This document shows, piece after piece, positions 1 through 14,037 of a stretch of DNA of 64,000 nt. Under the pieces are notes generated by a model. It worked only from the letters and a program-made list of their open reading frames with translations. It did not search any database and was not told the origin of the DNA. The stretch spans positions 128,280,001 through 128,344,000 of the forward strand of contig NW_024704742.1 in assembly GCF_018977255.1 (NCBI RefSeq), read 5' to 3'. Position numbers and translations under genes: made by a program. Each line of letters opens with the position of its first letter. Within the stretch, counting starts at the first letter, position 1. Origin of the DNA: Callorhinchus milii (taxonomy: Eukaryota).

Positions 1-1149
1 TGGGCTGAACAAAATGCTTAATGCTTGTTTCACCTGATTTATGGTAATGTGCAGCACAAAATACAGCAGTTCGTTCTTTAAACTATTCACCATCAAATGA
101 TGGTTAAAATTAAACTGACTGCTTAATCCTAAATGTTCTTTGCTTTTCTCCGATTCACCGCAAGTGGGGTTACAGTTGATTTGTTCCTAAAATACTTGTC
201 CACTGATTTAGTCTTTGTTGTGGATCCCATTGACTAAGTGCCTTACAATAATTTCTCCTTTTAGTGCTTTTAAACATTTTTTCTTACATGGGAGACCTGG
301 AAACATACAGAAAAGACCACTTAGCCAGTCCCAACATTATAAAAGAATCTATATAAAAATAACTAAATAATCCTACTCTAGCTCTCAAGACTCAATCGAA
401 TTCTTTGAGAAATCACCCTCTTTTATTTATTGATATAATCTGCCTACACTACCCTAGGTCTCAACTCACACTCTGACTAAAATTTTACCTGGTTTTGGAA
501 TATAGATCATTGTCTTAAAGATTACAATTGTGGAGATATTTTTAAAAACTTCTTAAATTCAGTTTTAATTTGGAAATCTTTTAAAGAACTGGCTTTCAAA
601 TTTAGACTGAATTTAAGAATTTTCCAAGTTTCGCACTCTTTTCGTAATTTTAGACAATGGCATTAAGTCTAAGACTTGGTTGAATTTCAAGCCTTTAAGC
701 TGCTACAGTACAAGTTCCCTAGTCCATCAATGAAGGTCAAATCTTCATAATTATGGTCTTATATTCAAGCCCAACATCAGGATGTGAACTCATAGTCTGG
801 GCTGACATTCCAATGCTGTGCTAAGGGTGCACTGGATTGTTGGAGATGTCATCCTTAAATGAGTATTAAACTTGTCTGGTTGTTTAGTTGTTTAGATGGA
901 CATTAAAAATCAAGTGGCATGACTCAAAAACAGAAGAGATTTAGCCATGGCACTGGGAGAAATTTCCTGAATAGGCAGACGTTTAATGTCTCATCCAAAG
1001 GACAGCACCACTGACCATGCAGCACACCCACTGCACCGGAGTGTCATCCAAGACTATAAGCTCAAAGTCCCTATGTTTTTTATGTTGGAATAAAATGATG
1101 CAGATTCAACCATTGATCAGTTAATCTGACATGTCTGCTAGATCTGGTG

Positions 1150-1533
1150 ACAGGGAATCATCCCACTCAGCTACTGGTAACCCTGCAAGCCAAAGCCCAA
1201 CAGGTGGTCCTAGATGGACAAGCAGCGGAAAGCTTGCCAGACACCAATATCAATGGCAAGCTATGTAGTTTTAGCTGGTTAGATTCCAGGAGTACCCCGG
1301 CGCGCGCACTCTGGGGTCCCCAAGCCTTGGCTCTTTTCAATCTGTGCCTAATATTTTCTGGAATTAGGTAAGCAGGAAGTGTCCCTCCAGGGAGAGAGTA
1401 CACGTTCCATTCCAACAATCCATCTTTGGGATGTCTATGTATAGGTGGGATGCATGGAAATCTCAGCTTGATCTGGATACTCTTAAGCATGGTGTTGGGT
1501 TTCTGCATGTGGCAGACACCTGGCTAACCAAAA
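1150..1533 (+). repeat. Unclassified interspersed repeat (probable non-LTR/SINE), copy 1
   Basis: Colinear with the reverse complements of ~36245-36620 and ~61232-61620. Shared 3' end 'ggatactcttaagcatgg...cctggctaaccaaaa'. Confidence 0.8.
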
Positions 1534-3836
1534 TATATATATAGATATTTTGTATATATATGTATATATATAAATATATATATATTTTGTAGGCAAATGT
1601 GACATTCAATTGACACAGTGCCTTCCCCACAACAGCTCTGACTGGGCCACATGGCTACGCCACAGAATTCACAGAAGGGAGTTTCTCCTGGTGTCCAGGC
1701 CAACAATCCCCTAGAAGATGGTCATTCATTTCATGGAAGGCAAGGCAGATGGGATTAGGATGGGTGGAAGCTCAAGTGCAGTTTAAACATTGAGACAGAA
1801 TAATTGAGGCAAATGGCCTGTTTCGGTGCAGTAAATTCCATGCAATTCTAGGCAATTCTATCTAGCTGAGATATTGCCTATGATTTTACCCTGATTAATA
1901 TTTTATTCCTAAATAAAATAATTTTTCCTCTAAAGCCATGGTATTAAATAGTCTGCTTGATCTGGAATGATCATGTGGGCCTTCAAAACTACACTATGAA
2001 CAGCCAGCAGGAAATAATTGTAAGAATAATAGTAATAACAGTAGAAATAATAATAGTAATAAACCTTGCATTTGATGTATAATTCTATAATGTATAATTC
2101 TTTACGTGCTCTAAGACACTACCCTGCGTGGAGGGCGCTATATAACTGCAAATTGGTGTTGTTATTGAATAACACCGAAATGTTTCAAACCACTTCACAG
2201 GTAATTGGAGTCAAGTGTAGTGACTGTGTATTTGTTGGCAGCCACAACACCCAGCAGAACACACACTCATGAAGTGAAAGACTGATTTTATCTGGGGGTC
2301 GGGGGTGGCCAGGACAGAGGTCCAAAAGGTTCACCAAAACTTTAGAGGCAAAGGGACATTGTCAGCGTTTTGGTTCTGCCTGTCCCTCGTGCCCCTCCGA
2401 TCCACCATCGGTAGCCATGCTTTCAACCACTACACCCGAAACTCTGGAACACTCTTCCGCTAATCCCTCCACCTTACCCCCCTCCTTCTCCATCTTCAGA
2501 AGCCCTTCCTCTTCGGTCATGCTTACGGTCACCTCCCCCCAGCTCAGCATTGTGCCCTACCATTGTCCAGCGTTCTGGGACACTACCTTGCGTGAGGGGC
2601 CCTATAAAATTGCGAGTTGTTCTTGGACCACAATATTTCGTAGATTTGGCAACCAACTTCACACCAGCAGTCGTATGTTAGCCCAGCCACTTCTGCCTTG
2701 TAAATGACGAATTTTAGATCTCCAAATCTTCCAAATTTCAAAAGTACAGTAACATACATAATATTTCAGGAATATATAAATGTCTATATATATATAATTC
2801 CTCTTTTTTTTAATAAAAATGTTTGCTTAACATTTGAATTGGATAAAATATTTGCTTGTCTGGCCAAAAGCAGGTGCCTGGCCACGGGGGGAAAAAAATC
2901 ATGATATAACATCCATTTTCTGCAGAGAAAGCCCAGTACATCATGTTGACTTGTGAGATCAGAAGCTGAGGTTTGGGGAGTGACATGCTTAGCAGAAAAC
3001 ACCGTTTACATTGCTGGAACACTTTGTTCTGCATCGCAGGAGCCAGTTAAGCAACCACTAACCAGAGATTTTTTTTAATCCCATGACTTCAGTTACAATT
3101 TGTGTGTGTGTCGTGAAAATTGTTAATATTGGACCCTTCACCAATATTCAATACAATTTATCATAATAATCCTTGCATTTGATATAGTGCCTAATCGCTT
3201 CATTGAGACTTCTCAAAGTGCTTCACAGAATATATTGAAAAGAGAATATATTGTAACATACAGCGCCTTTCATGTTGGGAGGACATCTCAAAGCGCTTCT
3301 GGATTGGCACCCGAGCTGGGTGACGGGAGCTGAGGGTGTGTGAGGAGGGAAAGGATAACTTAAAGTAACCTTAATAACCTCGCCTAATAAATGAAACTGA
3401 CCCTTTTGCTTGAACCGGCTCGGTCACAGAACTGACTCAGGTAAAAGCAGTGGATTCTAAAACTCTCTGCAAAGTTTGGAGCGTTTCAAACCCCAGGATT
3501 TTAATCGAAGTAGACCAAAACGTTTGAAGAACCGGAGCTTGGGAGGCTGCACTTACGTTTCTTGATCAAATATTCATGTAGTCTGTGAATTGTCTGAATC
3601 CTCTTCTATTTTTGAATTGAATTTTTGAATTGAATTGTCTGAATCCTCTGTATCTTTCTGAGTGATGTCAGGGAACACTTTGCTCAGCCGTGATAATAGA
3701 TCATGACATTACGTTTCCCTACAGGGGACGGTACAATTACATTTTTTTTAACGCCGTGGTTTTCTCTCTAGCTCATTTGCAGAGCTTGATGACATGTCTT
3801 GTGTGCTCCGTTCTGTAGGAGCAGTCAACAGAGGCG

Positions 3837-3851
3837 GTTGCCATCGGTAAC
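3837..3851. promoter_or_regulatory. RFX X-box consensus match
   Basis: GTTGCC-ATC-GGTAAC fits GTNRCC-N(0-3)-RGYAAC, in a stretch without recognisable repeats. Function untested. Confidence 0.35.
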
Positions 3852-5549
3852 TGTAACATCCCTCAGCAAACAGCAGTGCTCCGAAAAAAAGTGCTTCAAC
3901 TCAGAGAGTACAAAGCTCAACCTCATCAAATGTCATCATGTTTCTGCTCTGGAAATGCTGCAGGGCTTTCCTGTTTGTATGATTTCAACAGGCAATTCGC
4001 CACAGTCACCATTTCGATAAAAGAAATAACTTGCCTAAAAAGTTGGAAATAAAATTATTACTTTTGTGAATGCATATATGTTGAAATGCCTGCATAACGA
4101 ACAAGATGAACAATAAAATAGCAGGACTGCCTTATCTTTGGTGACACTATTTCCGATAGCAGATGGTTGCTATAGCGGCAGAAACATCTCTAGTGATACA
4201 GTTCATCACTGTGTGGATGACTCATTGTGTGGATGGGTAAATGGCTGTGTAACCTGCAGGCTGAAACAGTCTGGCTGATGACCATTTTGAATGCCCTCAG
4301 TGGTTCTAAAATAGAGCTCGTGGAAAAATATAATGCAGTGCCATCAGCAGGAAACTTTCATACAGTTCATTGTCCACAAAGGGGCAGCATTTGCCATGAC
4401 GATAGATGTCAAGTATTTCCTAATTCATTGCACCTAATATCCACAGTTATTTGACAATTTCTACTGTCTCTACTTTCAATTGCTGGCCGACTTACTCCAG
4501 TGATTTTTTTGAAAACATGCTTATCTTATTCACTCTTGCCTCAGGGTTAGAAGATTGCAAGTCATAGCCCATGTTGGGCCTTTGAGCTCACAGGCTGGGC
4601 CGAAACTTCTTTGTAGTGATGGGGAGCCCTGAATTATCACAGGTCTCTATTTGACTATTTATGATTTGCAACTAGCAAGGGGGTTTCTTTGAACCCTGCA
4701 AGTTTTTTTTNGCTGTACAGTGAGGTTCATTCACACTGACTATTACTCTCTGAACATGTTCTGCCTAGTTAGATACTGTCGGAGCTTCTTAAGTCTATAA
4801 ATGCCTCATAACTACTCTATCGTTCTCTTCATGCCTCTTTGTGGGACATTTCTGTGCACAAATAGGATGCTGGGTTCACCTACAAAATGCAGTTATTAGA
4901 CTTGACAATATATCTTATGAAGTGCTTGGAGATATCCTTCTGACATGAAAAGAGCTATATCAAATGTAAGGATTATTATTAATAGCAAGCAAGGAAAGTC
5001 TTTGTTAAATAGGTTTTTTGCAACTATTCAGGTCATCAATATAAATGGCGGATTTACATAACAGATATCTTGCTGATCAGTTTTTTTNAATGTGATCTCT
5101 AATTTTATGCACAGATATTATACACTGAACATTCTCAAGGCTAACTGTATTCATGCTAATCAATGCCATGAACTAAATGCAATGGATTTAATCCTTGTAT
5201 TTGACTTAGCACCTTTCACATCAGGAGGACATCTCAAAACACTGTTGAAGCTTTTATTTTAAAGTGCAGTGGGGAAGTATACTTTATAGGTGATTCGTTT
5301 CCACTGAAGCTGAGAGTACAATTTTTTTATGGAAAAAGATTGGCTTTGTCTTCAGTGAATACTTCTTCAACACTCCTTGTCGACTCACCGAGAAAGTATC
5401 ATATTTTATATGAAGGTTTAAGTGGGTGAATATTCCTTGGGGAGGTCATTAAAGTAACAAAGGAGAGACACTTAGGAAGAAGTTAAAGAGTGATTATGCG
5501 TACCAAGAGGCAGATGATGGTCTATTGAAAGATAATGAAATACTAACAG

Positions 5550-5797
5550 TAATAATAATAATAATAATAATCCTTGCATTTGATATAGCGCTTTTCACGT
5601 CGGGAGGACGTCCCAAAGCGCTTCACAGAACACACTGCAAAGTGAATAGACTGTATATTTGTGGGCGAACAAGGCAGCCAATATTATAAGGCATGTGAAG
5701 TAAGGAAACTTGCCCAAGGTTTCGCCCTCTGCCTGGAATTGAACTCAGGTCTCTCACTTGCAAAGCGAGTGCTCTAACCACTGAGCTACAGGACTCC
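5550..5797 (-). mobile_element. Young tRNA-Ala SINE with an internal deletion
   Basis: Head and tail match 58979-59304. The central segment after 'gcagccaat' is missing. Long (AAT)n tail. Confidence 0.9.
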
Positions 5798-6104
5798 ACT
5801 AACGATATTTCTCCAGTAAGAAATATCTTTTTATTAGTCTTCTTCCGCTTGTTGTCCTCCATCCTAGATCAGATGCGTTTTCCAGCCCATCATTCAGCTG
5901 AGACGTTGAGATGTTAAACTGAGGTACTGTTTTCCAGTTCAGGATTCAAGATCGAATTGCACTATTTGAAAAAAGAAGGAAGTTCCTCCCGGTGTCCTGG
6001 CCAACAATCCCCAGGTAAAATTGGTTACTTACTCTGGCTATTTGTGGAACATTGCTACATGCCAATGGGCTGCCACATTTGCCTAGTCACCACACCACAC
6101 TACA

Positions 6105-6432
6105 GGAGTCCTGTAGCTCAGTGGTTTGAGCACTCGCCTTGCAAGCGAGAGATCTGGGTTTGATTCCTGGCAGGGTGAAACGTTGGGCAAGTTTCCTTAC
6201 TCCACACGCAAGATAACTATCCCTCAAGAAATAAACACAATTATAATTTGGTCACTCAATCCACAACTGCGTGTGGGACACTGTTGTGCGCAATTGGCTA
6301 CCGCATTTTGCCCACATAATATAATCAATTCACTTTACAGTATATTCCTGGCAGTATATTTTGTGAAGAGCTTTGAGACGTTTAGAAGATGTGAAAAGCT
6401 CTATATCAAATGCAAGGATTATTATTATTATT
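6105..6432 (+). mobile_element. tRNA-Ala SINE, full length
   Basis: ggagtcctgtagctcagtgg head ... aaatgcaaggattattattatt tail. Confidence 0.92.
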
Positions 6433-8584
6433 TTACAATGTTAAGCATTTTGAGAAGTCCACCTGATTTGAAAAACACCCTGTGAGATGCAAGAATCATT
6501 ATTTAGAGCTGTACCTTAAACTGACTAACAGCAAGAATAATTTGCACTTACATCATGCCTTTCACTTTGGGAGAATATCTCAAAGCATTTTACAAAGAGT
6601 GAGTGAGAGCTTGAGCTAGAAAGAAGCTTGGTGCCAAAACAGAAGGATATCAGAGAGAGTGACCAACAATGCCTGGACGTACTGCAGGATTGTTTGGATG
6701 CATATTTGTATAAAATTGATAGCATTCTTGCCTCCCGGTTAAAAGATTCTGGGTGCAAGCCCCATGTGGGGAGTTTTTGCTCAGTGTCTCAGCTGAAACT
6801 TCACTAGAGTGCTGGTGGAGCGCTGCATTGTTAGAGGTACTTGTGCTCCAGAATTTATCAGAAATACAGAATGGAATTTCTGTTTACCTTCCCAGAGGAT
6901 GATGTGTTTAGAAATGGCATTTGTTTGATCAGCACGGAAACGGTGATGGGCTGAAGGGACCCACTAAGATTCAAAACCCAAACCTTTTCAATCCCTCCTC
7001 CCACCTCTATCTATCTTTAAAGCTCACTTTAAGACCTCCCTAACCCTAAGCCTATCCACTTCACCACCGTTTGTTTGGCGTCCAACCTTGTCACTATGCA
7101 GCACTCCGAGATGCTAGCCTGGGTGAAGGGGGCTTGATAAATGTTATTGTTGGTCTTCACCCAACTAAGTATCCTGCAATGGAATAACATACATCCTGTT
7201 GTTAAGCACTCAAATTATGTTAGAATTTTTAAAGCTACAAATACAATGTTATCTGTTTCTTTTTCTCCTGTGAGTATTTTGTGTTTAGTGCACCAGCATA
7301 GTTTATGTTCAACCCAATTTTCTAGCAATTGCCTACAAGGGCTGTTTTTTTTTCTGATCTCCACTTCACAGATGCACTCCGAAAACTGTACTGCCAATCT
7401 CTCCTTGCAGATGTTTGTTTTATAAGGTAATATTGAATTGTTTGCTTCACTTCACTGAGCTTTCAGTCTGCATCCTTTCGATATGAATGTCTCCTGAGTG
7501 TGCAGCTCTGCATAAAATGCTCTTACCATGTATACTAAACTGCAATGAAGCCTATTCATTATATTATTTTTCCTCTAAACACCCCTGCCCCCCAATTTCA
7601 TAACCTTCATCAGTCTTAATCTCTAAAACACTTGTATCATGAGGTCCTGTTACCAGGTGGGGTACATCACGTGTCACATAAATCAGTCTCACAGCATCTG
7701 TAGCAAAATACAACAGACAATATAACTTATACTGTGACTGTGAAGTGGTCAAGTTCCTTTCTGAGTGTTACATGTTTCTAAAGCAATACTTGGGGGAACG
7801 GGGCCTTTTATATCCTCACGATTATCTGCTAGTCCTTGATTTCCTCGCTTGTTCTCTCCGGCTAGTCACAAGCATGTGGCATATCCCTCAGCTCCATCTG
7901 CCACATTCATGTCTTGAGTGTTTCTATGTTGTCGCATATTATTTGCAGTTGGCCTTTTGAGTTCCGTTTGTCTCGGGCTGGATCGAGTTACCTTTTCATT
8001 TATGATTAAGCACTTCCTTGAATAAGGCTTTTTTCCTACTTTTGACTGCAACGTAACACTGAACAGCTAAGACCAAATATATGAATTTAAATCCTACTTA
8101 AAACCGTGATTTATTTTGTACTTTTTATTATGATCCCATTTCTTCCTGTTCTTTCCAATAATCACTATTTGGCAAGGTGTGCATGAGTGACATTTTAGGA
8201 CAAGAAAAAACATGTGTACTAATAAGACTGAAATATCAGTATTAACAAAGGAGGATTTGATGGGGAAGGTCCTTCAAGCCCTCTTGATCTCATCCATTCA
8301 GAATACCGACCCTTCCTTTGCAATTTTAATATCAGCCTTGCTCAGTTGGTAGCAGTCTTGCCTCTGATTCAGAAGCTTGTGGGTTCACAAAAGTTGTGAG
8401 TCCACGTAAGAGTTTTTCAAAATTCTGCGTTATCCTAAATTTTAAGACCAAAGGTTGTATGGCTGAAACAATGAGAAGTAATATGTCTCAGGAGCAGGAA
8501 CAGTGTACTTAAATCATTGCGGGCACTGAACGCAATTGTAGCACCCCAGCACCAGTCCAGCTGAGATTTAGTTAATTCAGAAAG

Positions 8585-8970
8585 TAATAATCCCTTCAAA
8601 AATTAAAAAAAAAAATTCGGTCACCCAATCCACGATTGTCAATTGTTTGTGGGACATTGCTGTGCAGAATTGGCTGTTGTGTTTGGCCCACAAAGTACAG
8701 TCATTTAACTTTACAGTATTTTCTGTGAAGTGCTTTGAGACATCTCGAAGACGTGATAAGGCGTTATATCAAATGCAAGGATTATTATAGGATTATTATT
8801 AACTCAACAATTTTTCTTAACTCAATGAACCACTGTCTGTATAATATACATATAATAATAATAGTCCTTGCATTTATATAGTGCCTTATCATGTCGTTAA
8901 GACATCTCAAAGCACTTCACAGAATATATTGTAATGTTATATTGACTACAATTTGTGGGCGAAATGTGTC
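8585..8970. mobile_element. Two SINE 3' parts, tail to tail (8585-8800 +; ~8852-8970 -)
   Basis: Both carry the 'aaatgcaagga(tta)n' tail, in opposite orientations. Confidence 0.8.
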
Positions 8971-9434
8971 TGTCTACATAGAAACTGCTTACATAGAAAT
9001 GTGTCTGGCGAACATTTTTCTTAATTTCCAAATGCACATCACAATGGTATAAATTACATTGAAATGTATGGTTGCGTCACTCACAATTGCTTTATGATGA
9101 AGTGCACTCTCCTCTTTCTCTCTCTACATAATAAAATATGTTCGCGAACGCTGTGACTTTCAGAGCAAACAAAAGACATTTTCCAACTAACAAAAGATAA
9201 ACTCAATTATTGCCCTGTGCAGACATAGTAAGTTATAGAATAGTGATTGATTCTCCTACAGCAAGTCATCACTACCACCTTTTGAACTGTTGACATCAAG
9301 TCCAATTTCAGTCATTTTGCCTCCAGGCCTCGTGCCACCCTACCTGTGAAGTGCGTTGAGATGTCTCGAACATCTAATAAGGTGCTATGCCAAATGCAAG
9401 GGTTACTATTATTATTATTATTATTATTACTTCT

Positions 9435-9740
9435 GTGACCTCCTGCAACCTACTGCCTCGGCCACTCCCTCCACTCAGCAAGCCCCGGCCTGCTTCATGT
9501 TCCCAACACACTTCACCCTACCATTGGTGGGTGACCTTTCAGATACTCTGCCTCACTCTCTGGAACTGTATTCCAGAGCTCCTGTATCTCACCCTACTAT
9601 CTGGAACTCTAACCCAGAGGCCCTGCCTCTCACTCCTCCCACATTGCCTCACAGTCCACTTTAGCTCTTCCACCGTGCTTTCAGCCACCCGGACCTTCTC
9701 TTTCTCAACTCAGCTGCTCCCTTCCCCAGGTTAAGCAGAT
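9435..9740 (+). mobile_element. Old L2 3' fragment
   Basis: 'gacctcctgcaaccctactgcc'-like start, 'attggtgggtgacctttcag' and 'ctctggaac', similar to the L2 ends elsewhere in the window. Confidence 0.6.
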
Positions 9741-10769
9741 TCCACTCCAGGTATAGGAAAATTTCCTTGTGTTTTTTTGGTCAGCCAGGTCACACATGCC
9801 AAAAAGGCATCACCAACGTTAAGAGTATCCAAACCAATCTGAGAGCTTTGTGCATCCCATCAGAATGGATGTGTGGAATTCTTGGAATAGTTTGAATATT
9901 ATAAAGCAAGGTGATGCGTTTCCAAATGTCAGACATCCATCTGACCCCCCAAAAAGTCTGCTCTTGTTAAAGATTCTTGATTTCACACTTCAAAGATTAA
10001 GAAACAAAACGAGAGGATAAGCAGACTATGCATCTTTTTTCATCTCTACAAGTACCTTTATAGCCACTGCTCAATAAAGGGAATTAGATTTGCTCAAAAT
10101 AGTCCAGCAAACCCTCTGTAATCATTCACATATCAAGCTATCTCTGAAATTAGAAGCAGCCCACTTATGAATCATTAACAATCTCAAGAACCAAGCTCTG
10201 AACAAAGATGAAAGAATTCATACATTTCTTTTTGGATGGAAAAATAGTCTGTGTGTTGCTGAACCTTATTGTCTTGTGAAGTTTCTTAAAGTGACAGCAC
10301 CTCACGATTATATAGGTGAATTATTCTTGGTATCCGTGTTCCAATATTTTTTTTGATGAGGGAATCAAGTGAACTGGTATGAGTTTTAGGCAACTTACCC
10401 TTAAGTTTTAAGATGGTGTTTACCAGTTACAAAAGGAGAGACTGTTCAAGATTTGATCGTCATGAAAATTTAACAGCATAATAGCGTTGTTCAACTTCAA
10501 AGCATTCAAAGTATTTCCTAATTATAATCCCACTAGTGGCCGACATTGCCAACGTTGATGCACATAACACTTAATGGAATTTTTACCCATGCGTTGTATT
10601 GCAGCAGGTGTGACTAGCTTGCCAGTGAAGCCAAGTGATAACAGTAAAATTCCACCAAGCTTGCAGTACTGTTTTGTTTTGGTCAGCCAGGTATCCGACA
10701 CATACGGAAATCCATCGCAATGCTTAAGAATATCCAAACTAGCCTAAGGTTTCCACATATCCCTCCAAA

Positions 10770-10943
10770 ACCAATAACAATAATAAATTGGTCATTTTCA
10801 ATCTACAACTGTTTGTGGGACATTGCTGTGCACAATTGGCTGCCGTATTCGCCCACAAATATAGTCAATTCACTTTACAGTGTGTTCTGTGAAGTGCTTT
10901 GGGACGTCCTCCCGACGTGAAAAGCCCTATATCAAATGCAAGG

Positions 10944-10977
<34 letters not shown>
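10770..10977 (+). mobile_element. Young headless SINE
   Basis: Body plus 'gggacgtcctcccgacgtgaaaag' tail and a long (ATT)n. Confidence 0.9.
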
Positions 10978-13900
10978 GCATGGAGTGTGGAACGGAATAT
11001 GGCCTTGTCGCATTATTGTGATGCTCCTATTTTCCAAGGCTTCTGGAGCATCCTCCCCCTCTACTGACAGACACAACGCTCACTGCCAACGCAAGTGAAA
11101 TGTCACTGTTCACCGGGCCTTAGGGCTCATCACATGAAGCCATCATAAATCTCCACAAATACTGCATCTCAGCAAGGAGCACATAATTTGGCCTCATCTG
11201 TTGTTTGCCATGGCTAATTGTTGAAACTCCTCCTGCTTATTCTTCACCTCCTAAATGCAGTGCAACACCCACTGCCAGAATAATCAATCCAGTTCGAGTG
11301 AACATCTGCAATCTGAACAGGAAGGCAGCTCACCAGAACAGATGCTATTAGAAACCTTGATTAACTCTATAATTTCTGGCTAGCCGATGGTAAGCACGTC
11401 GGGTTCCTTAATTATCGGTTCACTTGTATTTTAACATGACTAGATGAAAACAATTAAATTGTGGCAGAGAATTTATTCAGAGCCTAAGTGCTGGCTGGAA
11501 TCCAATTCTGTATTGATAAGTAAATCCATTGAAGCACTGTCGGACAATGAAAATCCAATCTTATGTCTTGTCATAAAATGAACCTTTGTTTGCATCCGAA
11601 GCATCTATGCACCTATTTTAAGCTAACCGTGAAACCCTTCACGTTGACAAAAAAGGACGGTGTAATTTAGTAATAATAAATTACTGAAATTACACCATCA
11701 CACATAATGGTTAGTGTCATGTTTAAATAAATAGCTGGCAGTGTAAGTGCTACCATTTAAAAGAAAGGCAGTGTAACCAAGTGAGATTCAGTCTCCCTGT
11801 TCAGGTGAATGTTAAAAATCGCATGGTACTGATCAAAAAGAGAAGAGGGTGTCTGGGCTAATATTCCCCAAAGTAAAATTGGTCGTTCACTTCATGGCTG
11901 TTTGTGGGTGCAAATTAGATGCTGCGTTTGCCTACGCGTATGCAGTCAGTACGCTGTACAGTAAATCCTGTGAAGCGTTTTAGATGTTTCAATGACATGA
12001 TAAAATAATTTCAAAATTATCAGAAATTCGAGGACTGTTATCATTATTATAATTTTATTATAATTAAACTAAATCACAAAGCAAAACATAGTCCTAGTTC
12101 TTGCCCCATTATTTAAAGGTTGGAAACTTCTCGATTGGGAAATGACAGTGCACTGAAATTGTTCTTTACATAGGTCACATAGATTTGTAACCATTTCATA
12201 CGAATATTTGATTAGAATGATCCTGTCTTTTATTTACCAAAGCACCGCCTCTTAAAGGTCTTATGATGTATGTTCGGAGGCTTTCCCATTAAGGTATCCT
12301 TTTGTATTCACTTTTTTATCTCCTCTGATCTTCTTGAGTGTTGGTTTATAATACGATCTGTATTCCTCTCATGGGAACTTTAGTACGGAACTCGTTTTTT
12401 TCCACGGCAAAGCTGAAATTCAATTCAATTCCAATTATAATTTAAATTATAGATTTCTCTAAAAAAATTTCAATCAAGAGCTACTCTCTTCATCAAAACA
12501 ATTGGCAAACCTGTCCCTTCCTCTTCAATTTTTCTTTATAAAGGCTGTGCATTGGGGGTGAAGAATGTGACGTTCGATTCCAGACAAAGAGATATTTCTA
12601 TACAAATGTTGAACCTCTCAGTCTGGTTTAGATATTCTTAAGCATGACAATGGATTTCTGCATGTGTCAGACAGCCAGCTGACCAAATAATATTATTGTT
12701 GGTAATTATTATTAGGCTAGACAATTATTTTAGAGAATAATTATAATAATAGTGTTATAATAATAATCCTATTTATCCTTGCATTTGGTATATCACCTTT
12801 CATGTCAGGAGAAGTGCTCGATTACAATGCAACCTGTAGTCCTCTCATGGTACTTTTCCTATGGAAATTGCTTCAGGGACAGTTTTGCCAAATTCATTTA
12901 ATGAAAAGAATAGCCTTTGATTGAAAATTTTAGAGATATGTATCATTTAAATTATAATTGCAATGGAATTTCAGCTTTGCTGCGGGAAAAAACCAAAGTA
13001 TCTACCAGGCTCTGTCGATAGCACTCTCGCTTCTGAGTCAGAGGTGGGGGATTCTTGACCCATATCTAGACTTTGAGCTCATAATTTAGGCTGACAATCC
13101 AGTGTGGTGTTGGGGGTGCACTGCATTGATCAAGGTGCCGTCATTTAGGTGAGACCTTAAATCGAGATCCTGTCTGCCTGTTCAGGTGGACGGTAATTTG
13201 CTCACAGCAGTCTCCCACAACAGCCGTGAAGTGAATGGTCAACTTTATCTGTGGAATTGTTGGCTAGGACACTGGGACATGATAACACCCTCTAAAGAAT
13301 ACACACTCCCAGTTATAGATAAAGCAGCTCTAGTTAGAGAGTTTCTAATTAATGGTAACAGAAATGACATGAAACGCAGAACTGATTTTTATGCACTTTT
13401 ATAAAGGTCTGATTTACGTACATATTAATTAATGTGTTATCAAATAAATCATTGGCTTTAATCTTCCACCAAAGAAGAAGCGATTAATCCAAACCTTGCT
13501 GATTCACTTGACCAGTGGCACTAGCTCGTCCATTAGGATTACAAAAGAAAATAAGTAATATTAGCTGGTGATACTGCTGAGCTCAATCATTGTTATGATG
13601 TACCATTGTGAAGGAGAGGAGGAACATTCATGGGAGATTACTATGAGATCAAAAGCCATGTAATGGCTTCAGTCCTGTGAGCCACATCATTATCAACATA
13701 TTCTTCTGGATTGGGCAATTGGCTGCTCTATCAGAATAATTTACTGTGAGAAGAAATAACAATTGATGCTTTTTTAAACTAGAAGTTTTGAAGTTAACAG
13801 CGAAAGGCACTAGTGTGACCAGGTACCTGATCAACATATCCTTATGTTCCACATTACCACTCACTGTACTATCATCCCTGTGCACCACCCATTCTGCCTT

Positions 13901-14037
13901 GAAAGTTAATGTTGATTCCAACTAGGCCACTCTCTATATCCACTCAATGGAGATGGAATGAGAAGGAAGCTCGGTTTGTGCTAGAAAACATAAATATGTT
14001 GCTGGACTGCAATAAGGAGATTCACAAAATGAGTTAG

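Noticed and set aside
1533..1590. Self-complementary TA-rich tract
   Set aside because: Ordinary degenerate (TA)n microsatellite at a repeat tail.
4711..5088. Single N bases at 4711 and 5088
   Set aside because: Both follow poly-T runs, so they are homopolymer-length assembly ambiguities and not biology.
6105..6180. tRNA-Ala gene
   Set aside because: It is the head of a multi-copy SINE continuing into body and tail, with variable substitutions among copies.
6525..6758. Near-identical 77-aa ORFs at 6.5 kb and 28.1 kb as a small gene family
   Set aside because: By-product of the 0.9 kb duplication over repeat remnants. Non-ATG start and no coding signature.
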